Of a stretch of 64,000 nucleotides of DNA, positions 39,706-50,058 are shown piece after piece (positions within the stretch are counted from its first letter, which is position 1; every line of letters begins with the position of its first letter). The stretch lies in IMG/VR virus record IMGVR_UViG_3300028653_000011; one strand, written 5' to 3'. This stretch comes from a virus (taxonomy: Duplodnaviria > Heunggongvirae > Uroviricota > Caudoviricetes). The notes beneath the pieces are model-generated. The model was not told the origin of the DNA, did not search any database, and saw nothing but the letters and a program-made list of their open reading frames with translations. A program made the position numbers and the translations under genes.

Positions 39706-40341
39706 ATGACGACCCAAACTCCCAAGATCGGCCTACTGAGACTGCGGCACCTGATCAACGAAGAGACCTCGCAGGTCACTGAAGCCGTCGACCACGCCAG
39801 CGCCGCGGCCATCGTCGGCGGTGCCTCGAACCTGTTGAAGGCGATCGAGAAGTTCAAGGAGAAGGCGTCGCCTGCCGCCGTCAATGCGCTGACGCCGCAC
39901 TTGGGCAACATTGAGAAGGTGCTGGAGGACATGGTCAATACCCCGGGCTCCTACGTCGCCAGGGTCAAGGTGGAGCCCAAGAAGGTGTCGCTAAAGGCCG
40001 TGAAGAAGGAAGGTGCCTTGAAGGAGGCCACGGGCGGCGACGGCAAGCTCGAGAAGGTAACGGAGCAGAACTGGCAGCACCTCGAAGTGGGCAACACCTA
40101 CCTCGTCAAGGCGGGTCGAGACCGCACGCAGAGCAACTTCGTGGGTTGGGTCGACAAGAACGGCGAGCACACCGACAACGAGGATCCGACGCAGGTTGAC
40201 CTGAAGTTCGTCGACGTCAAGGATGGCTTCGAGTGGACGGCTTACCACCACGACGGGGGCTATGCGGTGGGTTCAAGTGCGGATGCGCTGTACGTGAAGG
40301 AGACGGATCAATATGATGGGCTCGGCGAGGTGGTGCCGTGA
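39706..40341 (+). CDS. Hypothetical protein with head-targeting-like leader
   Basis: KIGLLRLRHLINEE leader; internal ALKEA. Confidence 0.7.
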   Translation: MTTQTPKIGLLRLRHLINEETSQVTEAVDHASAAAIVGGASNLLKAIEKFKEKASPAAVNALTPHLGNIEKVLEDMVNTPGSYVARVKVEPKKVSLKAVKKEGALKEATGGDGKLEKVTEQNWQHLEVGNTYLVKAGRDRTQSNFVGWVDKNGEHTDNEDPTQVDLKFVDVKDGFEWTAYHHDGGYAVGSSADALYVKETDQYDGLGEVVP

Positions 40342-40643
40342 TTCGTGTCAGCGTTGAGCGGTTGAGGCGATTGATCAAGGAAGAGATTGAGGATCACCCT
40401 AAGATTATGACGCTGGCACAGGTGAAGCAGCAGTTTCCTGACGCATACAAGTACCTGTTGAATGGTGACATGCAGGACCTCAATGGTCGTGACATCAAGA
40501 CACCCAAACATCTGCAGCACTACATGGACGCCTGTGACTCCTACTTCTTCATTGACGGTACGGGTCAACTTCACATGAAGGATGCCTATGAACACGAGGT
40601 CTGGGATCCTGAGAAGAAGATGTTTTGGTGGCCGCAGGCGTGA
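40338..40643 (+). CDS. Hypothetical protein with head-targeting-like leader
   Basis: MIRVSVERLRRLIKEEIE; GTGA overlap with the upstream gene. Confidence 0.7.
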   Translation: MIRVSVERLRRLIKEEIEDHPKIMTLAQVKQQFPDAYKYLLNGDMQDLNGRDIKTPKHLQHYMDACDSYFFIDGTGQLHMKDAYEHEVWDPEKKMFWWPQA

Positions 40644-40702
40644 CGTTTGTGATGTAGGATCGAACGAAGGGAGCTCTCTCTTGACTAGAGGGGCACAGAA
40701 GA

Positions 40703-43700
40703 ATGGCGAAACGCGAACCTAGAAGCCTCTTTAGAAGGTTAAGTCGACTTTTCAAGAGTGGCCCAGTCGTGAAGAGGAAGATACGTGCCCTCGACACGAG
40801 CATTGCTGTCGCCGATAAGACGAAGAGCTCGGGTACCCTGCTCTTTCAGAAGTCGTTGTCTCCCACGTATGCGACGATCACGAGCAACGCATACAATCTC
40901 TCGGAACGATTAATGAGGTATCAAGATTTTCAAGAGATGGAATATAGTGTTGACGGTGCGACCTTGATTGCCCAACCTGATGGGTTCAAGACAATCGCCG
41001 AGTTGGCTGCGGAGTGTGAAGCAGATCCCAACAAGACGTTCATCGTTTACTCTTATGACCATGAGCAGAAGCGCATTGTACCTGCATGGGGTAAGCAGGC
41101 GCGCCAAACGTGTGTTGACCATGCGTGGAAGGTGACGTTCGATAACGGCAAGTCGCTGACGTTGAGCCCCGAACACCGCTTGATGTTGCGCGATGGTACG
41201 TATCGCAAGACTGAGGACTTACAGCCTGGCGATGCGATGATGCCATTCTACCGCAAGGATCTGTTTGCGAACGCAGAAGAGGGCACTAAGGGGTACTCGT
41301 GGGTCTACACGATGGATGGACGTTTTCGCGGGTGGACGAAGGAACACCAGCTGGTATCTGAGTGGGTGGCCGGACGAGAGTTGACTGAGGATGAGTGCGT
41401 TCACCACATCAACTTCGTCAAGACCGACAACAGGCCTGAGAACTTGCGTATCATGACGAAGAGCGACCACAGCTCGTACCATGCAGCGCTCAACAATGGG
41501 GTGAAGTGGGCGCCAGAGAATCAAGAATGGATCGAAAGGTTCAAAAAACAGCACGCAGAGTGGATGCGTAACAATGCACCATCGCGCCGCAACGATGTCA
41601 CGTTCTCTAGAATCATTCAGATCGCTGAGAAGGTTGGCTTCGACATCACCAAAGTGTCCAGGGCCCTTAATGTCACTACGTTCTTGGTTCATGAGCGGCT
41701 CACTGCCAATGGGTTTCCTACGTTCGAAGCGTTTACAGCGGCATATGGTCACGGTATACCTGAGGTTGTCATTCATCAGGCCTCAAAGCTAACGCGTGAA
41801 CTGTCGCTTGACACGATCAAACACTTGATTGTTGAGGCAGACACCAAACGTTCGATGGCGGTGAAGTTAGGTTGTACCGTCAATGTCCTCGATAAGTTCC
41901 TCAATCGGCGCATTAATCGAACGTGGAATGATGTGAGGAAGGAATGTGGGTTGACTACCTACAAACAAATTCGTCAAGGAGGTCGTCCCAAGGGTTCAAA
42001 CGGCAGCGATCTCACGTTCAAACAGATCTGTGATGCTTTCGAACCAGGCCTCACCTTGCCACGTCTGACTGAAAAGCTAGGTGTCAACAAGAATACGATT
42101 ATCTCTCGCCTTGCGCAGAACGGCTTCAAGAAGTTTAGTGAGTTCGGCGCATCTTACCAGAACTGCAAGGTCGTTTCTGTCGAGTACGTCGGCATCATTC
42201 CCCTCTATGACCTCACAGTCGATGGTTACAAGAACTTTGCAACCGACAGCGTCATCTCACACAACACCCCTGAGATCGCTGCCGCGATGGACATCTATGC
42301 CGATGAGACCGTCGCCGCAGATGAGAAGGGCATGTGCCTCCACGTCTACTCCGACAATGAGAAGATCAAGGAGCTGCTCGAGGACCTCTTCTACAACGTC
42401 CTCAACATTGAATTCAACTTGCGCTCGTGGGCTCGTAACCTCTGCAAGTACGGCGACTTCTTCCTCTACAATGACGTGTCGCCCGAGTACGGCGTCGTCA
42501 ACGCTTTCCCGATCCCGGTCAACGAGGTCGAGCGCGAAGAGAACTATGACCGTGAAGATCCCTTCGCCGTCCGTTATCGTTGGGTGACGTTGGGCAACAG
42601 GACGCTCGAAAATTGGGAGGTGACCCACTTCCGCTTGTTGGGCAATGACATGTTCCTCCCATATGGCTCGTCGATCATTGAGCCCGCGCGCCGCATCTGG
42701 CGCCAGCTCATCCTGATCGAGGACGCCATGTTGGTCTACCGCGTCGTGCGTGCCCCCGAGCGCCGCGTTTTCTACATTGACGTGGCCAACGTGCCCGCGA
42801 CTGAAGTCAACAATTACATCGAACAGCAACGTCAACAGATGAGGACGACGCCGGTCGTTGACAACCAAACTGGCCGCGTCGACCTACGCTATAATCCGAT
42901 GTCCGTTGAGGAGGACTTTTTCATCCCGGTGCGTGGTGGCGAGAGCGGCACTAAGATCGACACGTTGGCGGGTGGTGTCAACACTGCCGCAGTTGAGGAC
43001 GTCGCCTACATTCAGAAGAAGCTGTTCGCTGCACTGAAGATCCCGCGGGCCTACTTGGGCTACGATGAGATGTTGAGCAGCAAGGCGACGCTGGCACAGG
43101 AGGACATTCGGTTCTCCCGCACCATCTCCGTCATTCAGAAGACGATGATGGCCGAGCTCAATAAGTTGGCCATCATTCACCTGTACGCTCATGGCTTTGA
43201 CAATGAGGACCTGCAGAACTTCACCCTACGCCTCAGCAATCCGTCGACCGTCGCTCAACAGCAGAAGTTGGAGCTGTGGCGCGCCAAGTTTGAAATTGCG
43301 GGTTCGGCCCCCGAGGGTATGGCCAGCAAGAAGTTCATTCGCAAGGAGATCTGGGGATTGAACGACGAGCAGATGGAGGCCATCGACGAGGAACGGTTGG
43401 CTGAAAAGAAGATCGATGATGCCATCGAGGCAGGTGAGGGTGCTGACGACGGTGGAGGCGGGGGTGCAGGTGGAGGCGGGGGTGACGATGACCTCTTTGG
43501 AGACGCCGGCGCTGGTGGTGGCGATGAAGGTGGCGGCGCCGAAGAAGCAGGTGGTGGCGAAGAGAAGGCTCCACCTGAAGAGAATGCGGGTGAAGAACCC
43601 GAAGAAGAGGTTGAGCCCGGCGCTCAATTGTTGACCAGCGGCGACGACAATGACAATGAGTCATTCGCATTGAAGTTGGGTGACAGCGATGATAGCAAAC

Positions 43701-44146
43701 CCATCAAGCCCAAGTCGCAGCTCCAAAAGGCCCTCTATAACAACAGTCGCCACCGCAACCACGGTGCCAGCAAGACGCACATGCCTGACTTTCAGAAGAT
43801 GACGTCGAATGACAATCCCGCGATGGAAGATCCCTACGACAATGATTGGTTGAAGTCAGTCGTGACGAATCCATTCGCTGAGGGTAGTTCGCCTCCCATC
43901 GGGCGCCGGACGAGACTGTCTGCTGACATTATGTCAACAATGAGGAGAATGACAGCTAAGTTCACTGCCGATGGTGAGGTTACTCGAGCTACGTTGAATG
44001 AGGGCCGTGATGTGCAGGATGAGATCGATGGAGGAGGTCAATCCATGTTCGATCTTGACATTGATGCTGACGTTACGCCGAGTCGCGGTCAGCTCAACGA
44101 GAGCGCAGTACTTATTGGTGATCCCACCGGGGAGGACGACGAATGA
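40703..44146 (+). CDS. Portal protein (T4 gp20-like), intein-containing, with long acidic C-terminal tail
   Basis: PEIAAAMDIYADE, EDAMLVYRVVRAPERRVFYIDV, EDFFIPVRG..GTKIDTL, KLFAALKIP. Confidence 0.95.
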   Translation: MAKREPRSLFRRLSRLFKSGPVVKRKIRALDTSIAVADKTKSSGTLLFQKSLSPTYATITSNAYNLSERLMRYQDFQEMEYSVDGATLIAQPDGFKTIAELAAECEADPNKTFIVYSYDHEQKRIVPAWGKQARQTCVDHAWKVTFDNGKSLTLSPEHRLMLRDGTYRKTEDLQPGDAMMPFYRKDLFANAEEGTKGYSWVYTMDGRFRGWTKEHQLVSEWVAGRELTEDECVHHINFVKTDNRPENLRIMTKSDHSSYHAALNNGVKWAPENQEWIERFKKQHAEWMRNNAPSRRNDVTFSRIIQIAEKVGFDITKVSRALNVTTFLVHERLTANGFPTFEAFTAAYGHGIPEVVIHQASKLTRELSLDTIKHLIVEADTKRSMAVKLGCTVNVLDKFLNRRINRTWNDVRKECGLTTYKQIRQGGRPKGSNGSDLTFKQICDAFEPGLTLPRLTEKLGVNKNTIISRLAQNGFKKFSEFGASYQNCKVVSVEYVGIIPLYDLTVDGYKNFATDSVISHNTPEIAAAMDIYADETVAADEKGMCLHVYSDNEKIKELLEDLFYNVLNIEFNLRSWARNLCKYGDFFLYNDVSPEYGVVNAFPIPVNEVEREENYDREDPFAVRYRWVTLGNRTLENWEVTHFRLLGNDMFLPYGSSIIEPARRIWRQLILIEDAMLVYRVVRAPERRVFYIDVANVPATEVNNYIEQQRQQMRTTPVVDNQTGRVDLRYNPMSVEEDFFIPVRGGESGTKIDTLAGGVNTAAVEDVAYIQKKLFAALKIPRAYLGYDEMLSSKATLAQEDIRFSRTISVIQKTMMAELNKLAIIHLYAHGFDNEDLQNFTLRLSNPSTVAQQQKLELWRAKFEIAGSAPEGMASKKFIRKEIWGLNDEQMEAIDEERLAEKKIDDAIEAGEGADDGGGGGAGGGGGDDDLFGDAGAGGGDEGGGAEEAGGGEEKAPPEENAGEEPEEEVEPGAQLLTSGDDNDNESFALKLGDSDDSKPIKPKSQLQKALYNNSRHRNHGASKTHMPDFQKMTSNDNPAMEDPYDNDWLKSVVTNPFAEGSSPPIGRRTRLSADIMSTMRRMTAKFTADGEVTRATLNEGRDVQDEIDGGGQSMFDLDIDADVTPSRGQLNESAVLIGDPTGEDDE
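40946..42265 (+). mobile_element. Intein (440 aa), Ser-initiated, with HNH endonuclease and HTH repeats, in portal
   Basis: EMEY|SVDGAT...SPEHRLM...VHHINFVKTDNRPENL...LYDLTVDGYKNF..ISHN|T. Confidence 0.92.
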
Positions 44147-45009
44147 AGCCTAGGTCAAATTCACACAACAAACGCCGAAATACCGGGCTCCTCTACGAGT
44201 TTTTGGTCTACAGCATCTCGCGTGCGTTGGTTGAGAACAACACCAAACGCTCGAACGTGGCACTCAAGGTGATTCGTCGGCACTTTAAGCCGGGCTGTGA
44301 GCTGTACCGAGAATTTCGTCTCATCAACTCTCTGCTCAGGACGACGGTGTCGAGCGAGGCCATTGCCGCGTCGATCATTCAAGAAGCCAAGCTTGCAGCT
44401 CGTTCGCACGATGTTGCAAAGCTCGATCGTGAAAAGTCCGTATTGATCAACACCATCAATCGCGCGATCAACGATAGCGACTTCTACGATCACCAGGTCA
44501 ATGAGTACAAGATGTATGCAACGGTACAGACGCTGTTGAACGACTGGCGTGTTGCCGACAGTGACCTAGGTAGGGTCGCTCAGTATGAGGATCAATTGTT
44601 GAAGTGGTTGGTGACTGAGAAGGCAACGCCCGTCGACACCGTGGTCTCAGATGACAGTCCCGGGCACAGTCGATTGTTGATGAAGATGATGATGAAGCGC
44701 CTCAATGAGAAGTACGCTCACGCGCTCAGCGATACTCAAAAGCAACTGCTCCGTGCCTACGCCTTCTCGACGGCCAACGACGATCCTGCCTCAATCAAGC
44801 TCAAACTTCAGGAAGTCCGCCAGGGACTGGTCATGGAGATTGAGCTCTATCAACGCAATAATCCAGACGACGTTCACATCAACAAGAAGCTCGAAGAAGT
44901 CTACAATCACCTCGCGGGTGAGACGTTCGACGTGGTTGATGATGATGCGGTGACGCGGTTCATGCTGTACACCAAGCTCAGCACTGAACTCACTTCGGAG
45001 GGAACATGA
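44143..45009 (+). CDS. Head-module hypothetical protein
   Basis: 288 aa, HNKRRNTGLLYEFL N-terminus; coupled to portal and protease genes. Confidence 0.75.
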   Translation: MKPRSNSHNKRRNTGLLYEFLVYSISRALVENNTKRSNVALKVIRRHFKPGCELYREFRLINSLLRTTVSSEAIAASIIQEAKLAARSHDVAKLDREKSVLINTINRAINDSDFYDHQVNEYKMYATVQTLLNDWRVADSDLGRVAQYEDQLLKWLVTEKATPVDTVVSDDSPGHSRLLMKMMMKRLNEKYAHALSDTQKQLLRAYAFSTANDDPASIKLKLQEVRQGLVMEIELYQRNNPDDVHINKKLEEVYNHLAGETFDVVDDDAVTRFMLYTKLSTELTSEGT

Positions 45010-45680
45010 CTAATACAGCCAACTTGAGGCGCCTTGAGAGTTACGACGTCTTTGACTATAAAGTAGTCACTGAAGACGTACCGGCTCGGATCACTGAGGA
45101 CACCAAGGGCAACAAGGTCGAAGTGCCGGCGACCAAGAAGATCATGATGAAGGGTATCCTGCAGAAGGCAGACACTCTCAACCAGAACGGCAGGATTTAC
45201 CCGCTCGCGATTCTCGATCGTGAGTGCCGCAACTATCAGAAGTTCATTCTCGAGAACCGTGCCACCGGTGAGCTCGATCACCCCGACAGCTCCGTCATCA
45301 ACTTGAAGAACGTTTCGCACATCGTGCGCGAGGCCTACATCGAGAACGGCACTGTCTTGGGCACCATTGAAGTCCTTGACAAAACGCCGTCGGGCGCCAT
45401 TCTCAAAGGGTTGGTGGATTCAGGCGTCAAGATCGGCATCTCCAGCCGCGGCGTGGGTTCAACGCGGAAGCAGGGCGAGTACCAAGTCGTCCAGGACGAT
45501 TTTCAGCTGATCTGCTGGGACGTTGTGAGCGAACCGTCAACGCCTCAAGCATTCATGATTCCCGAAGGAAAAGAGATCACGTCTGCCGAATTGAAGCAGC
45601 TCTTCAGCAAGTCAGATCGGATTGACCGCGTCTTGAACGAGATTTTGTTGCGTGGCGTGCCAACCAAGGATGTGAGGTGA
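45006..45680 (+). CDS. Prohead core protease (T4 gp21-like)
   Basis: NQNGRIYP, GELDHP, VSH, TPSG, GISSRGVGS, WDVVSEPST. Confidence 0.95.
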   Translation: MTNTANLRRLESYDVFDYKVVTEDVPARITEDTKGNKVEVPATKKIMMKGILQKADTLNQNGRIYPLAILDRECRNYQKFILENRATGELDHPDSSVINLKNVSHIVREAYIENGTVLGTIEVLDKTPSGAILKGLVDSGVKIGISSRGVGSTRKQGEYQVVQDDFQLICWDVVSEPSTPQAFMIPEGKEITSAELKQLFSKSDRIDRVLNEILLRGVPTKDVR

Positions 45681-45683
45681 TCA

Positions 45684-46064
45684 GTGCCCCTAGGAACTCC
45701 CCCTGCCGGATTTAGTTTCTCGCCCGAGTACCAGTCGGCGGCTTTACCGTGGGTGACGTCATCGCTCGCGACGAGTGGTTCGGCAGAGATTGACTTTCCG
45801 TTCATCACCCGGTTCATTGCCATCACCAACTCGTCGACTAGCTCGCTGTCGTTGGCCTTCAGTCTCAATGGCAGCAATGGTAACAACAAGATCCTCATCC
45901 CCGGCAACACCTACGTCAATCTGGAGTACCGCGTGGCCAGCGTGTGGATCAGGGCTGAGGCGTCGGGTTCTCTACAGTACAGCATTGCCGCCGGTCTGAC
46001 GACGATCCCCGCCAACAGCATGCCGTCGTTGTCAGGTAGCGCCGGGTGGTCCGGCGTGGGCTAA
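45684..46064 (+). CDS. Small putative virion protein
   Basis: 126-aa Ser/Gly-rich beta protein in the head module. Confidence 0.65.
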   Translation: MPLGTPPAGFSFSPEYQSAALPWVTSSLATSGSAEIDFPFITRFIAITNSSTSSLSLAFSLNGSNGNNKILIPGNTYVNLEYRVASVWIRAEASGSLQYSIAAGLTTIPANSMPSLSGSAGWSGVG

Positions 46065-46558
46065 TGCTTGACATCGTCAAGTACCCAAATTCTGCGCTCG
46101 CACAAGCTTGTCGTTCGGTCACCCAATTCGATGCCGCGTTGATCGCGTTCGTCGAACAGATGACCGAGGCGATGTACACCTTTCATGGAGTGGGGCTAGC
46201 AGCACCCCAAGTTGGTGTCACCGAGTGCATCACGTTAATTGATCCATCAGCGGGTGATGCAACCAACCAATTGCAGGTGCTGATCAATCCAAGGGTCACC
46301 TGGCGGTCGCCTGAAGTAGAGATGGTAGAAGAAGGTTGTCTGTCGTTGCCTGGTGTGCGCCTGAAGGTCATGCGAGCACGTGCCATCGATGTTGAGTACT
46401 TTGATTTGGCAGGTGCTGCAAAGAACGTGCGGTTTGCGGGCCTGCCGTCACAGATTGTGCAGCACGAGGTCGATCACATCAATGGCATTACGGTGTTAGA
46501 CCGGGTCCAGCCGTTAGCACGGACCATGGCCCTTAAGATCCTACGTGGGAACAGGTGA
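46064..46558 (+). CDS. def: Peptide deformylase
   Basis: GVGLAAPQVG, EGCLS, QHEVDHING. Confidence 0.95.
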   Translation: MLDIVKYPNSALAQACRSVTQFDAALIAFVEQMTEAMYTFHGVGLAAPQVGVTECITLIDPSAGDATNQLQVLINPRVTWRSPEVEMVEEGCLSLPGVRLKVMRARAIDVEYFDLAGAAKNVRFAGLPSQIVQHEVDHINGITVLDRVQPLARTMALKILRGNR

Positions 46559-46565
46559 ATTGAAC

Positions 46566-47027
46566 ATGGCGCTATCTAGGAGTGAATTGAAGTCGGTCAT
46601 CAAAGAACTGTTGGTTGAGATCCTCAGCGAGGGCTTGGGTAATGTGCAATCGATTGCACCGGGTCCTCGTGCGGCAGCATCGCCCATCGGTGAAGCTCGC
46701 CGTCGTGTGGCTCCAACCAACGTCAAGCGTGCTTTTGATCCGCGCCTTGATACTCCCCTACGTGGTCGGGCTCCGCAAGTGTCAGCGACAATGCAGGAGA
46801 CGATCAAACGAGAGTCGGGGGGTAATCCGATCATGGCTGACATCTTTAAGGACACCGCGATGACGACGCTGCCGACGATGCAGGCGCACGGTGACACCGG
46901 AGCGTCCGCGGGCTCGGCACCGATGTTGCAAGAACAGTTCAATGGTAACCCTGAAGACGTCTTTGGTGAGGAGACGGCGGGTCGTTGGGCCAACTTGGCC
47001 TTCGCCGTCGTCAAGAAGCCAGCGTAA
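46566..47027 (+). CDS. Hypothetical protein with head-targeting-like leader
   Basis: MALSRSELKSVIKELLVEILSEG. Confidence 0.75.
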   Translation: MALSRSELKSVIKELLVEILSEGLGNVQSIAPGPRAAASPIGEARRRVAPTNVKRAFDPRLDTPLRGRAPQVSATMQETIKRESGGNPIMADIFKDTAMTTLPTMQAHGDTGASAGSAPMLQEQFNGNPEDVFGEETAGRWANLAFAVVKKPA

Positions 47028-47075
47028 AATCATCGATGGGCATATTTAGCTGCATACCACGGAAAGGTGCTAGCA

Positions 47076-47348
47076 ATGAAGACGAACGTTAAGTCGGTCA
47101 AATTGACCCCTGCCCTGCTCAAGCGAATCATTGAGGAGGAAGTCGGCAAATTCGGTCCTCCGGAGGATGTCGAGAAGAAAGCTGACGACACCAAAGAGAC
47201 CGACGCAGATGAGTTTGCCGATTCTCTCGACAAGCACATTGACTTCATGAAGGCGCTCAAGATTGAAGAAGGGCGCTTGGTCAAGCGACTGGCACGAGTG
47301 CAAGAAGCCCGCAAGCGCGCGCAAAAAGCTCTCATTGCTCGGGTCTGA
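47076..47348 (+). CDS. Small acidic/basic prohead-associated protein
   Basis: KLTPALLKRIIEEE leader; TATTTA upstream. Confidence 0.7.
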   Translation: MKTNVKSVKLTPALLKRIIEEEVGKFGPPEDVEKKADDTKETDADEFADSLDKHIDFMKALKIEEGRLVKRLARVQEARKRAQKALIARV

Positions 47349-47368
47349 TCTGAGAAGAGGGTGATGTC

Positions 47369-47911
47369 ATGGGTGTGTTAGGAAGGTACACGAGTTACGT
47401 TGGCGGCGGTGCAGCCACGGTTGCACACGCGCTGCTCTCTAAGTTGTTTCCTGGTGGGCCCCTCGCCACGCAGGTTGCCAACGGTGATGAGAAGGGCGCG
47501 CAAGCGCTAGCACAGGCCTCGGCGACGGCCAAGGTTACCAACGGCGTTGGGGGTCTTCAACCCACCGGTGGCGTGCAGGCCGGTGACCTCGGCATGTTCC
47601 CGTCGGGCGTTGACTTGTCGTTCAACTACAACATCGGCAATCCTCCCAACTCTTCACCCGACGTCAGCACCGTCAAGTGGACGAAGGCCGGCGACCCCGC
47701 CAACCCGTACACCCCTGACATCACTTCGCCTGGGCCGGGTCGCACAGACGGCGTTGACAAAGACGTCGATCCCAAGATTGCAGCGGCTGACATCAATCCT
47801 GCACCCAGCGTTGCTGATGTCCGTGATCCGACGACCGATGGCCCGGCAGTTTCACAGAACAACACCATTGGCGTGCCACAGAAACTCGGTGATTCGGGCG
47901 GCAACGTCTGA
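47369..47911 (+). CDS. Gly/Pro-rich hypothetical virion protein
   Basis: 180 aa; GAGGGTG SD; head-module context. Confidence 0.7.
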   Translation: MGVLGRYTSYVGGGAATVAHALLSKLFPGGPLATQVANGDEKGAQALAQASATAKVTNGVGGLQPTGGVQAGDLGMFPSGVDLSFNYNIGNPPNSSPDVSTVKWTKAGDPANPYTPDITSPGPGRTDGVDKDVDPKIAAADINPAPSVADVRDPTTDGPAVSQNNTIGVPQKLGDSGGNV

Positions 47912-47938
47912 TCTTGTGAATTTGTGCTGATCGTCCGA

Positions 47939-47944
47939 TACTTA
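47939..47944 (+). promoter_or_regulatory. TANTTA putative late-promoter element (representative copy, scaffold gene)
   Basis: Same hexamer found upstream of about 16 gene starts, mostly structural genes and the tmRNA. Confidence 0.65.
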
Positions 47945-47967
47945 CTCTCAAGGTTCGTGGAGAAAGC

Positions 47968-50058
47968 ATGAGCAAGCAATTGTTCGAAGAAGCACTGGCA
48001 GATGTCAAGCAGGTCAAACAAGTGGCCGAAGACAGTGCTAAGCGCGCGATCCTCGATGCTGTCACTCCTCGGATCCGTGACTTCATCGATCAGGCGCTGT
48101 TGCGCGAAGAGGCGATGCCGGGCATGCCCGGTTCGAACCTTGAAATTCTCGATGATGGTGGTGATGAGTCGTTTGAGTTTGAAGCCCCCAAGGGAGCTCC
48201 TCCCGGCGAAATCACCGCGGCAATCACCCCGCCCGATGCCGAAGGCAAGGTCACGCTTGACCTTGATGCCATCTGCAGTGGTGGCGACCTTGCATCAACG
48301 GGCCCCGGCGCGGTGGTGCCTCCTCCCATGTTCGGAGAGCCGGTGATTGAACCGACTGAAGAGTATGAGATCAGCCTAGAATCACTCAATGCACTGCAAC
48401 CCTTGATCAAGGCCGCACGCACGGGGCGCAGCATCATGCAACCCAAGGATGTGTCGGCCATCATCGGTCGCGTCGTCGAGCACGTGCAATTGTTGGGCAA
48501 GGCCAGCGGTAAGGTCAAGGCCACTAATTCATACGGCGTTCAAATCGCCCAGATGATTTCACACGTGGAAGATATGTATGACTACGTGCAAGAGTCGGTC
48601 ACCGACGCTACAAGCAAAAACGCATACGAAACTACGCTCGAGACTACATTCAGTACGCTCACCAAACTTCAGGAGTCAACGACAATGTCGAAAAAGGCAC
48701 AACACAAGGGTCAGATGAACGAAGCGGATCTTACGCTGAAACTGACTGGTCTGCCCGACGATGTCGAGGACAATCTTGATAGCGTGGGCGTCGATCTCAT
48801 CACCGGTGAAGAAGACGGTGAAGAGGGCGCAGAAGGCCTCGAAGGCGGCGAAACTGACGATCTGGGCGACCTCGACCTAGACGGCGGACAAGGATCACAA
48901 GAGGGTGAGGACAATCAGATGGAGAATCGCAGGTTGAGCGACGACACGATCGTCGAGATCGATGAAAACATGCTCCGCCGCGAGATCGCTCGGATGCGCT
49001 CGCTCCGTGAGGAGACGAAACCGGCTTCGTGGGGCGATGGCTCCGGCGACGCCAAAATCCTCAAGAACTTCGGTGGAGGCAAGGATGAGGGTGATCCTCT
49101 CGATCAGGACATCGTTGACCTGTCCCCGGCCAAGGGCTCTCGCCCGAAGGGTGATAACCCGCCCGCCAACCACAATCGCAACCTGAAGACCGAGCAGGAC
49201 GATCAGGACATGGACGAGGGTCAGGACCAGATGGACGAGTCCGATGATCAGATGGACGAGTCCGATGATCAGATGGACGAGTCCGATGATCAGATGGACG
49301 AGGCAACTTACGAGCCCGATAACCATGACATGTCTGTCGATGAGAGCGATGACCTCGATCAACTGCAGAATCGCCGCAAGGAAGACGAGTACGGCGCCGA
49401 CGTGCAGGACGGTCATGCGACGGCCACGTGGGACAAGCGTCGCCACGAAGCGCTCCGCCGCCTCAACTTCGAGAAGAAGCTGCAGGAACGCGCTCAGTCA
49501 CGTGCTTCGGCCCTCAAGAAGGAAGCCGCACGTGCCAAGTCGGCCCGCAACAACAAGCGCCTCGCCGAAGTGCGCCAGGAGTATGCAACGGTTGCCAAGC
49601 GGTTCAACGAATCGCTCGCCCGTAGCACCAAGATGTCGAAGCTGGCGGCCATGGCCACCAAGAAGCTTCAAGAGGCTCGTCGCTCGAATAGCGCAGCCGC
49701 CCGGCCCACGGAGAGCAAGGCCGAAGTGATCCTCCGTAACAAGTTGGCAGAAACGAATCTGTTCAACGCGAAGCTTCTCTTCACCAACAAGCTCCTGCAG
49801 AACGACCAGCTGACGACCCGCCAAAAGGCGCAAGTCATCAAGCAGCTCGACGAGGCAGCGACGGTGCGAGAGGCCAAGCTCATCTACACGAGCCTTGCCA
49901 AGACCTTGGCGGGTTCAACGAAGTCGCTCAGCGAAGGCCAAGACCGTCAGGTGTTGGGTTCCGCAGGTAGGGTGACTCGCCCGGCATCTACGCCGACCCT
50001 CAATGAGGGCGTCGAGACCGAGCGATGGGCTACGCTGGCCGGCATTACCAAGAGGTAA
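47968..50058 (+). CDS. Prohead scaffolding/core protein (gp22-like position)
   Basis: Directly upstream of the MCP; acidic and coiled-coil; many L-x-E sites; C-terminal ERWATLAGI. Confidence 0.8.
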   Translation: MSKQLFEEALADVKQVKQVAEDSAKRAILDAVTPRIRDFIDQALLREEAMPGMPGSNLEILDDGGDESFEFEAPKGAPPGEITAAITPPDAEGKVTLDLDAICSGGDLASTGPGAVVPPPMFGEPVIEPTEEYEISLESLNALQPLIKAARTGRSIMQPKDVSAIIGRVVEHVQLLGKASGKVKATNSYGVQIAQMISHVEDMYDYVQESVTDATSKNAYETTLETTFSTLTKLQESTTMSKKAQHKGQMNEADLTLKLTGLPDDVEDNLDSVGVDLITGEEDGEEGAEGLEGGETDDLGDLDLDGGQGSQEGEDNQMENRRLSDDTIVEIDENMLRREIARMRSLREETKPASWGDGSGDAKILKNFGGGKDEGDPLDQDIVDLSPAKGSRPKGDNPPANHNRNLKTEQDDQDMDEGQDQMDESDDQMDESDDQMDESDDQMDEATYEPDNHDMSVDESDDLDQLQNRRKEDEYGADVQDGHATATWDKRRHEALRRLNFEKKLQERAQSRASALKKEAARAKSARNNKRLAEVRQEYATVAKRFNESLARSTKMSKLAAMATKKLQEARRSNSAAARPTESKAEVILRNKLAETNLFNAKLLFTNKLLQNDQLTTRQKAQVIKQLDEAATVREAKLIYTSLAKTLAGSTKSLSEGQDRQVLGSAGRVTRPASTPTLNEGVETERWATLAGITKR
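49207..49302 (+). repeat. 21-bp coding tandem repeat (QMDESDD)
   Basis: CAGATGGACGAGTCCGATGAT three perfect copies plus one partial and one degenerate copy. Confidence 0.9.
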
